A stretch of DNA of 64,000 nucleotides from an uncultured delta proteobacterium (GTDB taxonomy: Bacteria > Desulfobacterota > Desulfobacteria > Desulfobacterales > JAHEIW01): contig CAVPNL010000008.1 in assembly GCA_963706575.1 (NCBI GenBank), positions 64,001 to 128,000 on the forward strand. The letters run 5' to 3'. This document shows, in pieces, positions 47,793 to 58,118 of the stretch. A program made the position numbers and the translations under genes. The stretch's first letter is position 1. Each line of letters opens with the position of its first letter. The notes beneath the pieces are model-generated. The model saw only the letters and a list, made by a program, of their open reading frames with translations. It made no database searches and had not been told where the DNA came from.

Positions 47793-49955
47793 ATGACTAC
47801 CCATTCAAGGATTGAATCGGTATTGGCAGGATGCCTGGCAATGTTGCTTGTTCTGGGCTGTGCCCAGCACAAAGCCTATCAAGCATCACCGGACAGGCCG
47901 GAGAGACTGCAAGCGGCCGGTCTGGTGTTCGCCGGTAAATTCCACTCGGTTGTAATTGCAGACATGGATAATGACGGGAACCCGGATATTGTCGGCGGCG
48001 CCAGCACACCGGGTTTGGTCACCATCAGTTATGGTGACGGCAACGGCGCTGTGTCTGAACCGCAGTTTCTTCCCGTCCATGGTGAGGTCCGATCGGTTGC
48101 GGTGGCGGATTTCAACGAAGACGGGCTTAACGACATTGTTTTTTCCGTCCAAAGAGAAACCGCTGGAATTCGCCTGTGGATGAATCAGTCCGATCGCAAA
48201 TGGAAGCAGGAAAACGGTCCGACACGGTTAAATAAGTACCAGAATATAAAGACAGCCGATGTAAATGGTGATGGACACATGGATGTTATTGCCGCCAATT
48301 CCACTGAAGATTCAAATGCCGGTGTGCAAGTCTGGTTAGGTAATGGAAAAGGCGGATGGATTGCGGAATCCGGTCCTACGACATTGGGGCGTTACATGGA
48401 TGTGGCGGTAGCGGATCTCAATAAAGACGGTTTTCCGGATCTGATCGGAGCCGGCTGGGGAATATCCGGCGCCCTGCGTGTCTGGATTGGAGATGGAACC
48501 GGCAGGTGGCTCTCCATCGCGCCGTTAAATAAAGGAAGCTACTATGGCGTCAGTGTCGGTGATCTGGACGGTGATGGAAACCTGGATATCCTGGCCGCAA
48601 CCCACAAAGGCGGGATCCAAATGTACATCGCAGACGGGAAAGGTGACTTCAACTGGCTTGAGAAAGGACTGGAAGTAGAGTCATTAGGAGAAAGTAGTTT
48701 CTGGAATGCAGTTTCTGTGGATCTGAATGGGGATGGCCGCAACGATATTATTGCCAGTTCCCTTGATTCCATGGGTCTTCGGGCCTGGTTAAATAAAGGT
48801 AAACATAGCTGGGAGCAATTCGACGGACTGTTTCCGTCCACCGGGATTTATCATGGGATAGCTCTGGCTGATTTGAATGCCGATGGGCATCTGGATATCT
48901 GTGCGACCAGTTATGGTGAAGGCATTCAAATATGGCCGGGAAATACAGGGGCGGCGATAAAAGCAAGACAGATGGAAATTGAGCAGCTGCCGACGGCTGA
49001 CAGACTTGCTGCCATGCAAGCTCCTCTGGAGAATGCGGTTTTTGCCACCGTAAACGGAATTGAGGAATACAAAGTTGGTCCCGGAGATCTTATCGAAATT
49101 ACCTACTGGGAGGCAAATACGCCCAAAAAAGAAGAAATTGTGATTCGACCGGATGGGAAAATTTCCTTTGGCTTTGCGGAGGATTTATACGTAAATGGTC
49201 TAACGCTATCACAACTGGATAATTTACTCACAAAGCATATCAAGAAATATTTACGAAAGCCACGATTGGATGTGATCGTAAAAGAGTATAACAGCAAAAC
49301 CGTTACTTTATTGGGAGCTATCCAATATAGAAATCAAGCTGATACCGGACCCGGTAAATATAAGCTTAGGGGGAAAACGACCCTGCTCGAGAGCCTTACA
49401 AAGGCTGGCGGCCCATCTGAAAGGGCCAATTTGAACAGTGTCAATATTCGCCGAAAAAATGGTGATTCAGTTAACATCAACCTGTTTAAGGCCATAAATC
49501 AGGGGGATCCCAGTAAGGATTTTGTGCTCGATGATGGCGATGTTGTTTTTATTCCGACACTGGATAAGGACGGCCGAAGAGTATATGTATTTGGTGAAGT
49601 CGAAACCCCCGGAACCTATACTTTTGAGAGCGAAAAGATACGTCTGATCGATGCGATTTCTGAAGCCGGCGGGCCCACCGTGTTTGCGTCTCAATCTGAT
49701 ACCAAGATAGTCCGTGGAGATATTACCAAACCAGAAGTCATCACCGCAAATCTCAAGGGATTGCTGGAAAAAGGCGACCAATCCCAAAATGTTGCACTTC
49801 TAGCCGGGGACCTGGTGTATGTCCCGCGCAGTGGTTGGGGAAATATCAATTTCTTTGCCAAGCGGATCCGACCGCTGCTGGAACTTATCCTCTGGCCTGC
49901 GAGAGTTGTCAATGATTGGGATCGCGCCTATGATGTCATTACGAATGAGGAGTAA
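47793..49955 (+). CDS. Lipoprotein: FG-GAP/VCBS repeats fused to polysaccharide export (Wza-like, SLBB) domains
   Basis: LVLGC lipobox; repeated DxNxDGxxDI; YKVGPGDLIEI...IRPDGKIS; SLBB repeats. Confidence 0.88.
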   Translation: MTTHSRIESVLAGCLAMLLVLGCAQHKAYQASPDRPERLQAAGLVFAGKFHSVVIADMDNDGNPDIVGGASTPGLVTISYGDGNGAVSEPQFLPVHGEVRSVAVADFNEDGLNDIVFSVQRETAGIRLWMNQSDRKWKQENGPTRLNKYQNIKTADVNGDGHMDVIAANSTEDSNAGVQVWLGNGKGGWIAESGPTTLGRYMDVAVADLNKDGFPDLIGAGWGISGALRVWIGDGTGRWLSIAPLNKGSYYGVSVGDLDGDGNLDILAATHKGGIQMYIADGKGDFNWLEKGLEVESLGESSFWNAVSVDLNGDGRNDIIASSLDSMGLRAWLNKGKHSWEQFDGLFPSTGIYHGIALADLNADGHLDICATSYGEGIQIWPGNTGAAIKARQMEIEQLPTADRLAAMQAPLENAVFATVNGIEEYKVGPGDLIEITYWEANTPKKEEIVIRPDGKISFGFAEDLYVNGLTLSQLDNLLTKHIKKYLRKPRLDVIVKEYNSKTVTLLGAIQYRNQADTGPGKYKLRGKTTLLESLTKAGGPSERANLNSVNIRRKNGDSVNINLFKAINQGDPSKDFVLDDGDVVFIPTLDKDGRRVYVFGEVETPGTYTFESEKIRLIDAISEAGGPTVFASQSDTKIVRGDITKPEVITANLKGLLEKGDQSQNVALLAGDLVYVPRSGWGNINFFAKRIRPLLELILWPARVVNDWDRAYDVITNEE

Positions 49956-50121
49956 CCGTAATATCCGGCTGCCTCACTTATAGGCCGGGTGGAACACTCT
50001 ACATTTTCGTCCCCACGAAAAAATTTAAATTAAGCAGGCGAAGAGTTTATAATTCGAGATATAAGAAGCCGCAAATATTGACTTATAATACTATCGCACG
50101 AATGAGTGAAAGTTTTATCGA

Positions 50122-52354
50122 ATGGCTCAATATGATGTAGATTTAAGAGAATATTGGCGAATTATCCGCAAAAGAAAGACCTACATTATTCTTTTGGTCA
50201 TATTTGTTGGAATCTGCAGTCTCGGATTTTCCAAATTCAAAGAACCTGTGCCTCTTTACGAAGCTGTTGCCGCGATAAAGATTGATCGGTCTGCCAATAT
50301 CGGTTCGATTCTTACGGGCGCTTACTGGAATCAAGCCGAAAATATGGATACCCATGCCTACATTATTAAAAGCTTTCCGGTCCTGGCGAAAGCGGCACAG
50401 TCAATGGGTAAAATCCCGCAAGATCTTTCCCTGGATGATATCCGCAGTAATAAAGACACACCTTTCTGTGATTCAGCAGCTGAAGGCCATTGTGGAGACA
50501 GAACCTCAGGAAGGCACCAACATCATTGATATTAAGGTTGTCTTAAAAGATCCTTACGAAGCGGCGTCAAATGCCAATAGATTTGCAAGCGCTTATCGGG
50601 ATTACAATATCGAGGAGAAAAATAAAAAAACATTTGAGACCAAAACTTTTATTGAAGAACAACTGCGTATGACTTCCAATAAGCTCAAGGAAGCAGAGAA
50701 GGAATTACAGTCATTTAAAGAAGGCTATGCCTTGATTTCAATGGATACCCAGACGCAAAACACGCTTGACAAACTTTATGCTGTTGAAACTGCGTATGAA
50801 AAGATTAAAACAGAGAAAGAAGAGGTGGCCGCACAGCTGCGATTGCTGGAAGATGACAAAAAAGGATCCATAAGGCGGTCAAAAGAGGTGTTTTTCTCCA
50901 CGAGTCCGGATTCGCCTCTATACACGTATAAAGAGAAGCTGAGTGAATTATTCTTAAAGCGACAGACATTGCTGATTAATTTTACAGCCAAGCACCCCCA
51001 GGTAAGAGAAATCGATGATCAGATTCGGGCCATAATTTATGAGGCCCAAAAGGAGCTAAAGACATTATTACGCTCACTTGAAGCCAAGGCAAAAGATTAT
51101 TCGGATAAGCTGATTCAGCTGCGGGAAGAAAACAAACGTCTGCCGGAGAAAGCCTTACAGCTGGTCAGACTTCAACGGGAAGTCGATCTGCAGGCTTCAT
51201 TGTATTCCCAGCTAAAGGAGAAATATCAGGAGACCTTGATTCAGGAATCCAGCAAGGTAGAAGAAGTATCTATTGTTAAACCGGCGGTGCCCCCGGATAA
51301 GCCTTCAAACATTCCATCAAAGTTAATTGTCATGGGGACCGGGCTTGTCATGGGGTTGATTATCGGTATTGTATTTGCGTTTCTGGCCGAAATATTCGAC
51401 ACCTCGATGGGTAGAATCGAGGATGTCGAAGAGCTGCTGCAGGTCCCGGTTTTGGGAGTGATTCCTTTTCTTGAGGGCGAGATCGTTGATAAAAGCCGAA
51501 GCAAGCATAGAGAACCCGAAAGGACGCGAACAAGGGACCTGGTTACCCACTACAAACCGGGCTCTATGGGAACGGAAGCTTTTCGGGCATTGCGGACAAA
51601 CCTGCAATTTCTAAGGCTGGAAACGAAGGGCAAGGTATTTCTGATTACCAGCGCTTTTGTTCAGGAAGGTAAAACGGTTAATGCAATCAACCTGGCATTG
51701 ATTATGGCCCAGGCCGGCAACAGAGTGCTTCTGGTCGATGCGGATCTTCGCAAACCGCTGGTCAACAAATATTACGGCCTGCCGATCAGTCCCGGACTTA
51801 CTGACCATGTGCTGGGGAATTATCACTGGAAGGAGGTAACCAATACCATATCCGATATCATGCTGGGTGACTTCGGAATTGACGACATTCTGATAACGCC
51901 GGGTATGGATACGCTTCACATTTTGACCGCCGGGACAAAACCCCCGAATCCGTCTGAAATATTGACGTCCAATCGCTTCCGCGAGTTTTTAAAAGAGGCC
52001 GTTATAAATTATGATTTTATCTTCATAGATGCCCCACCCGTGATGCCGGTAGCCGATGCCTCTGATATTGCCACCCTGGCCGACGGGGTGATCCTGGTTT
52101 ACATGACCGGGAAAATCGGTCGAGGCGTACTAAGGCGCGTTAAGTCAAACCTTGAGAATGTCGATGCCAAATTAACAGGCGTTATCTTGAATAAAATTAA
52201 ATCAGATGCCGGGCCGGAGTACTACCAGTATCATTCTTACTATTACTATGGGAGCGAGCCGCAAGTTAAAAAAGGGAAAAAAGTTAAAAAACTTAAAAAG
52301 TTAAAAAAGCCAAAATTTCTGCAAAAAAATCAGACAGGCCAATCCAAAGAGTAA
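50122..52354 (+). CDS. wzc: Polysaccharide co-polymerase / tyrosine autokinase (frameshift near 50455)
   Basis: DLREYWRII N-terminus; EAFRALRTNL, EGKT, VDADLRKP, IDAPP; C-terminal Tyr cluster EYYQYHSYYYYG. Confidence 0.9.
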
Positions 52355-52486
52355 AAGTTGTTGGGTCGGTAGCGCGCATAGTCTCTGCCGGGTTTTTTCT
52401 GGCAGGATTTGGGATTTGCCGTTCCGGAATGGCTTGCTCTGCGGGATCTCTGGGGTTAGATTAAAATAAATAATCAAACAAATACC

Positions 52487-53913
52487 GTGCGCACAAATCT
52501 CCTATTAGTATTTTTTCTTGCGATTGCCCTCCTATCGGGATTTTTGATCTCACAATACCCTCCCACCATATTAATCTGGGTGACATTAGCCTTGGCTGTT
52601 TTCATTGTTTCCTTCGTAAAGATCGAATGGGGGCTCTATATCCTAATATTTTCCATGCTTTTGAGCCCCGAAATTACGATTGGAGAGACTACCGGTGCAT
52701 CTATTGGGAGGGGCGTGACACTTCGTTTTGAAGATTTTTTGCTCGTCGTGATTGGATTCAGCTGGTTTGCCAAAAATGCCGTAAATAAAGAGATAGGCCT
52801 TTTTTTAAAAACACCTTTAAATAAACCGATCCTCTTTTATATTTTAGCCTGTTTAATATCGACGGCTTTTGGCATCATGGACGGTAGGGTTAGTGCAAAA
52901 ACCGGTTCTTTATTTGTGTTAAAGTATATTGAATATTTTATTGTATACTTTATGGTGGTCAATCATTTGAAAAGCACCGACCAGATAAAACGCTTTGTTT
53001 TTTGTCTCTTGCTGACCTGTTTTATAACTGGCATTATTGGGAATTCTCCAAATTCCGGGAGGGGAGAGAGTCAGCGCCCCATTTGAAGGAGAAGTTGGTG
53101 AACCCAATACCTTTGGCGGATACCTTTTGTTTCTGGGTGCAATTACAGCAGGACTGTTGCTAAAAGCGGAAGACGGTCGATCAAAGCAATTGTTCATTTT
53201 TCTGCTTCTTGCTATTGTTCCACCCTTCCTATTTACCCAGTCCCGCGCTTCCTATCTGGGCTTAATCATGACATGTTTTGTCATCGGGATGCTGACCCGA
53301 CACCGCATAATTATTACAGGCTTTTTAACAATGTCACTTTTGTTGAGTCCATTGTTTCTTCCCCAGGAAGTTAAAGATAGAATTCTTTACACATTTACCC
53401 AACCCGAGGAATCCGGGCAGATTCATATCGGGGAAATTCGTTTGGACACATCGACCTCTGCAAGGATAGCGAGCCTTAAACAAATTATAGAAGATTGGCC
53501 AAAGAAACCGATATTCGGTTACGGTATTACGGGATATATATTTATAGACTCTCAATATCCCAGAGTGCTGATAGAAACAGGTATAATAGGATTAATCGCC
53601 TTCCTTTATCTTCTATATTCCATTTTGAAATTAGCCATTAACCGTATGAAGGAAGTAAAGACGCCATATTTTAAAGGGCTTGCGATTGGGTTTTTTGCCG
53701 GCTATATCGGTCTTTTATTTCATGCGCTGGGTGCCAATACCTTTATTATCGTCCGAATCATGGAGCCGTTCTGGTTTTTTGCCGGTATTATTGCCGTACT
53801 TCCAGCTCTGGAAACCCAAGCAACAGGAACAACCGCAGGAAGATCATCCCCGCATTCGAAGGTTTGCCTCAGCAAAAACATCGCTTCCAGTCAATCCTCG
53901 GCTTCAATCTTAA
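52487..53913 (+). CDS. O-antigen ligase / Wzy-like polymerase (frameshifts near 53040 and probably 53820)
   Basis: Multi-TM; EPNTFGGYL, TQSRAS, PIFGYG...ETGIIGL; 3' end uncertain (53913 or 54050). Confidence 0.82.
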
Positions 53914-54146
53914 AAGTCCAATTAACGGCAGACGCTGCAAACAGACGCAGATTTAGATTTTTAATTAGCCACAGACCCGTCTTCGCTTTACGAGCTTACG
54001 CCGCGGCAGGCCCACAGACTCAATCTTTTATTCAGCCACTCCCGCGATAATGTGTCGTTTTTTTCGACTATATGCTTTGCCATGGTTCTAGGGATACTGG
54101 GGCCAGATGAAAAGAATTGTTTGTGTGAGTCTGTGTGGGTCTGTGG

Positions 54147-54698
54147 CTAAAAAAATATCAGGTGCCCTTTTCTGTTCAACCACTCAGAAGCCAGAAAGAG
54201 CCCGGAAATGGTTTTCCCGTCGCTGATTTCGCCCGTCAGAATCATCTGCAGGGCATCATTAAATTTTACCGGATGAACATTTAGCATTTCATCATCATCC
54301 AGATGTTGCTGGGCCGGCTCGAGATCTAAAGCCAGAAAGATATGAATGCGTTCATCTGAATAACCCGGTAGGGGTGTAATGGTAGCCAACTGATGCCAGT
54401 CTATTGCTGAATATCCGATTTCTTCAATCAACTCTCTTCTGGCACAGGTTATGGGAGATTCCTCGGGGTCCAGGGTTCCGGCAGGTATTTCCCAGATGAA
54501 TTCCCGGATGGCATGGCGGTACTGCTTGATCAATACGACTTCCTCACTATTGATCATCGGGACCATCGCGGCGGCGCCCGGGTGCTGGATAAAATCCATA
54601 TCCGATGTCACTCCATTCTTCAGGGTGTAATTTTCCGTAACCAGATTAAACACCCGGCCCTGATGTAAAGTGGCACTACTATTTATCGTTGCAGACAT
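54147..54698 (-). CDS. NUDIX hydrolase (ADP-ribose pyrophosphatase-like)
   Basis: KQYR...EIPAG...ARRELIEEIG, ISDGKT. Confidence 0.9.
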   Translation of the reverse strand: MSATINSSATLHQGRVFNLVTENYTLKNGVTSDMDFIQHPGAAAMVPMINSEEVVLIKQYRHAIREFIWEIPAGTLDPEESPITCARRELIEEIGYSAIDWHQLATITPLPGYSDERIHIFLALDLEPAQQHLDDDEMLNVHPVKFNDALQMILTGEISDGKTISGLFLASEWLNRKGHLIFF

Positions 54699-54922
54699 TA
54701 TCGGCTCCCTAATCGTCTTTTAATGGGGTTGTCGGTGAAAAATGAACTATACCATAAATGCTAACAAAGCAAAAAAGCAGTTCAATCCAAATAGCACAAT
54801 AAAGGACTTGTTATACATCAAAAAATAGAATAAATTATTGTAATATAAGCACATAAATTTAAAGATGAATTGGAGCGGATCCAGTTTTCGGATTGAACCG
54901 GAATCTTTCACCTGGAGGAATT

Positions 54923-56251
54923 ATGCCAAAGACGCCAACGATTAAAACCGCACTGCCGGGACCGCGCGCAAAGCAATTGATTAAGCTGGACAAATCTTAT
55001 GTCTCACCGTCTTACACCCGGGTTTACCCGCTGGTGGTCGATCAGGCCGAGGGGTTGTGGGTGCATGACGTTGATGGGAATGTTTTTCTGGATTTCACGG
55101 CCGGCATTGCCGTCACTGCCACCGGTCACTGCCACCCGCATGTGGTCAAGGCCATTCAGCGCCAGGCCGAGCAGTTGCTGCACATGTCCGGAACGGATTT
55201 TTACTACACCCCTCAGATTCAACTGGCCGAAAAGTTGGCCGGCCTGGTCCCCGGCAAAAGAGCCAAGCGGGTATATTTTGGGAATTCGGGCGCGGAGGCC
55301 GTTGAGGCCGCTTTCAAACTGGCGCGCTGGCATACCAAGCGCGAACTCAATATCGCCTTTTTTGGCGCTTTTCACGGGCGAACCATGGGTGCACTGTCGT
55401 TGACCGCCAGCAAAACAGTGCAAAAAAAACACTATAATCCCCTAGTGCCGGGGATTACGCATATACCGTATGCCTACTGCTATCGGTGCGCTTACAATCT
55501 TTGTTACCCGGCTTGCGATTTGTTCTGTGTGAAATGGATTGAAGATACGCTTTTCCGAACAACCGTACCGGCGGAAGAGGTCGCTGCTATTTTTGTCGAA
55601 CCCATACAGGGCGAAGGCGGCTACATTGTGCCGCCTCCCGGATTTCACAAAGAAATGTATCGAATCGCCAAACAGTACGGCATCCTTTACGTTGCGGATG
55701 AAGTGCAATCCGGCATGGGGCGCAGCGGCAAAATGTTTGCCATGGAACACTTCGATGCCCAGGCCGATATTACGGCGATCGCCAAAGGCATTGCCTCCGG
55801 GCTGCCCCTCGGGGCCATGGTGGCACCTGCAAAAATCATGGACTGGGAGGCCGGATCCCATGCGTCGACTTTCGGCGGCAATCCGATATCCTGTCAGGCG
55901 GCCATGGCGACCATCGAGCTGTTGGAAAAGAGTTTAATGAAAAATGCAACGGTCCAGGGAAAACGTCTTATGCAGGGGCTGAACGAACTGCAAAAAACAT
56001 ATGAATGCATGGGGGATGTGCGCGGCAAAGGCCTGATGGTCGGCGTGGAATTTGTAAAGGATCGTGAAACCAAGGAACCCGCCACGGATTGGCGGCCCAG
56101 GATCATCCGCAAAGCATTTGAAAAAGGCCTGCTGATTTTAGGCTGCGGAGAAAACAGCATCCGCTTCTGTCCGGCGCTGACGGTCAGCGCCAAAGAAATT
56201 GATCTGGGGCTTACTATTTTTGAAGAGGCTGTTCGAGAAGTTTGCAGGTGA
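54923..56251 (+). CDS. Class III aminotransferase (4-aminobutyrate/acetylornithine family)
   Basis: NSGAEA, FHGRT, EPIQGEGG, DEVQSG, AKG, STFGGN; GGAGG RBS. Confidence 0.93.
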   Translation: MPKTPTIKTALPGPRAKQLIKLDKSYVSPSYTRVYPLVVDQAEGLWVHDVDGNVFLDFTAGIAVTATGHCHPHVVKAIQRQAEQLLHMSGTDFYYTPQIQLAEKLAGLVPGKRAKRVYFGNSGAEAVEAAFKLARWHTKRELNIAFFGAFHGRTMGALSLTASKTVQKKHYNPLVPGITHIPYAYCYRCAYNLCYPACDLFCVKWIEDTLFRTTVPAEEVAAIFVEPIQGEGGYIVPPPGFHKEMYRIAKQYGILYVADEVQSGMGRSGKMFAMEHFDAQADITAIAKGIASGLPLGAMVAPAKIMDWEAGSHASTFGGNPISCQAAMATIELLEKSLMKNATVQGKRLMQGLNELQKTYECMGDVRGKGLMVGVEFVKDRETKEPATDWRPRIIRKAFEKGLLILGCGENSIRFCPALTVSAKEIDLGLTIFEEAVREVCR

Positions 56252-56462
56252 TCTCTGGTTGCTGGCTCCCGGTGACTTGTTTCTGAAAGCCCCAGAGGGC
56301 TGCCCAACTTTTAAGCCTCCCAGCCTTCCAGCATCCTGGCATCCCAGCTTCAAACCGATGCCCTATGAGCTACTTTTTCGGACACCTGAACACTGAAACC
56401 TGAAACCTATTTGTAGACTATAGAAAGCTAAAAAAAGTTGCGTTTTCGGTACCTTATTATTG

Positions 56463-57351
56463 CTACTTGAACTGACTTGAGTCCAGCCAGCGATCAACGG
56501 CTTCGGCCACACCACATTCATTGTTGGATGCCACTACCGGGAATCGGCTTTTTAGGTCATGTGGGGCATTATCTACCACGAAGCTGCAACCGGCCCATTC
56601 CAGCAAATCCAGGTCATTATAGTCGTTGCCGACTGAAAGTGCCCGGTCGGCCTTCAGACCATATGTTGCAGACAGCCATGCAGCGGTTAGACTTTTGGAT
56701 ACAGTCGTCGGGAAAATTTCAATCCAGGTGGATTGTCCGTCCAATGGTGATGTCGTTTGGATAATATTAAAACCCGGCAGTGCGTTTTCCAGCATCGCAA
56801 TAACAGGCCGGTTATCGGCTGGCGGAAGTATCGCCAGCAGCTGGGTTGCATTGCCAAACCCATCGGTTGTTGTTTCCAGCGGTTTGGCAAATTGATGGTA
56901 TAACTCTATGCGTTTTATAAAATCCGGATTGTCGGATGTTGATTCAAAATAGCTGAAAATATGATTGTGCGGGATCGGATGGTGAACCATAAAATCAAGG
57001 TTGTTTGCCTGCAGAATTTTAATCGCCAGACTGACCTCATGAGGTTCCATACTGACTTTTCGGATAATGCGGCCGTCGGGATGCCGGCTAATACCGGCAC
57101 CGCTTGAAAATAAAATAAAATCCACCGGCAGATTTGAAATTGGGACGGTATTGATCGAGTAGATGGAACGACCGGTGGCAATCGCCCTGATGATGCCAAG
57201 CTCTCCGAGCCGTGTTAATGCATTCAGATCGGTATCGGAAAAACTGCGGTCGGAGCGCAGCAACGTTCCATCAAAGTCACAGACGAACAGCCCGCAAGGC
57301 GTTTGGCCGTTGTGCCGGTCTGGCGCCGGAATTTCCTGGGAAATGTTCATA
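56463..57351 (-). CDS. Cof-type HAD hydrolase
   Basis: DFDGTLL, ATGR, GNDYNDLDLL; start uncertain. Confidence 0.88.
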
Positions 57352-57679
57352 TTGTTAAAAACGCTTTCTAAAAACAATATTCGGATTATCTAAGCAAGAC
57401 ACGATCAATTCGGGTAAGATTTGATGACCGAATAATAGGTAAAGGGTAGCGGGGTGTCAATTAAAAACCCGGTCGTCATGTTTGCTGAAACCATGGCGCT
57501 TACAAGGAGTGTTGGGAAAACCAACACAAAATAATTGCTAAAGCTATGCGGCTAAAGTGACGATATATAAAATACAAGGGAAATCAGCATGTTCTAAAAG
57601 TTTTTGAACAGACAGAACATCTGAAATCGCGTTTCAGCCTGTGGCCCGGGGGCGACAGTAAAAAACATCTGATACCGGA

Positions 57680-57892
57680 ATGGAAATATCTGTATCGATT
57701 GCGAACGGAGGTTTATTCTTGGAAATGAAAAAGGAGACAATCATTTATTTTGAGCAACTGGGATTTGGGTGGGTCCTGGATCAAATGATATTAAAAGAAA
57801 TACAATTTACGAAATTAAGGGATGAATGCATTACGGACACTTCATTAATAAAAATAATTGAAAATATGCTAATTGAAAATCCCAATTTTTAA
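57680..57892 (+). CDS. Possible small hypothetical protein
   Basis: 70-aa ORF in an AT-rich gap, with a sigma-28-like motif at 57539..57566; no recognisable family. Confidence 0.25.
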   Translation: MEISVSIANGGLFLEMKKETIIYFEQLGFGWVLDQMILKEIQFTKLRDECITDTSLIKIIENMLIENPNF

Positions 57893-58118
57893 TCATTAAA
57901 TAAAAGTTGCCAATGGTTGATCAGTCGTTAGATTTTAGTTTAAAGATAAATTTTAATGGATTGATACGATTTTAAATTGTATAGTGCGTTTATGGCAACG
58001 GCTTCTTATCATTTCAATTATCTCCGGCTTTTAATCTATACCTGATTAGAAGTGGCTTCAGAACAATCTTCCCCCACTCTGGCAAATAGCGCTGGTTCAA
58101 AAATTTGAGGAATGAGAT

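Noticed and set aside
57400..58110. Riboswitch or ncRNA in the long intergenic gap
   Set aside because: Only a small hairpin (GTGTTGG...CCAACAC); no recognisable consensus such as c-di-GMP-I. An Rfam scan would be needed.
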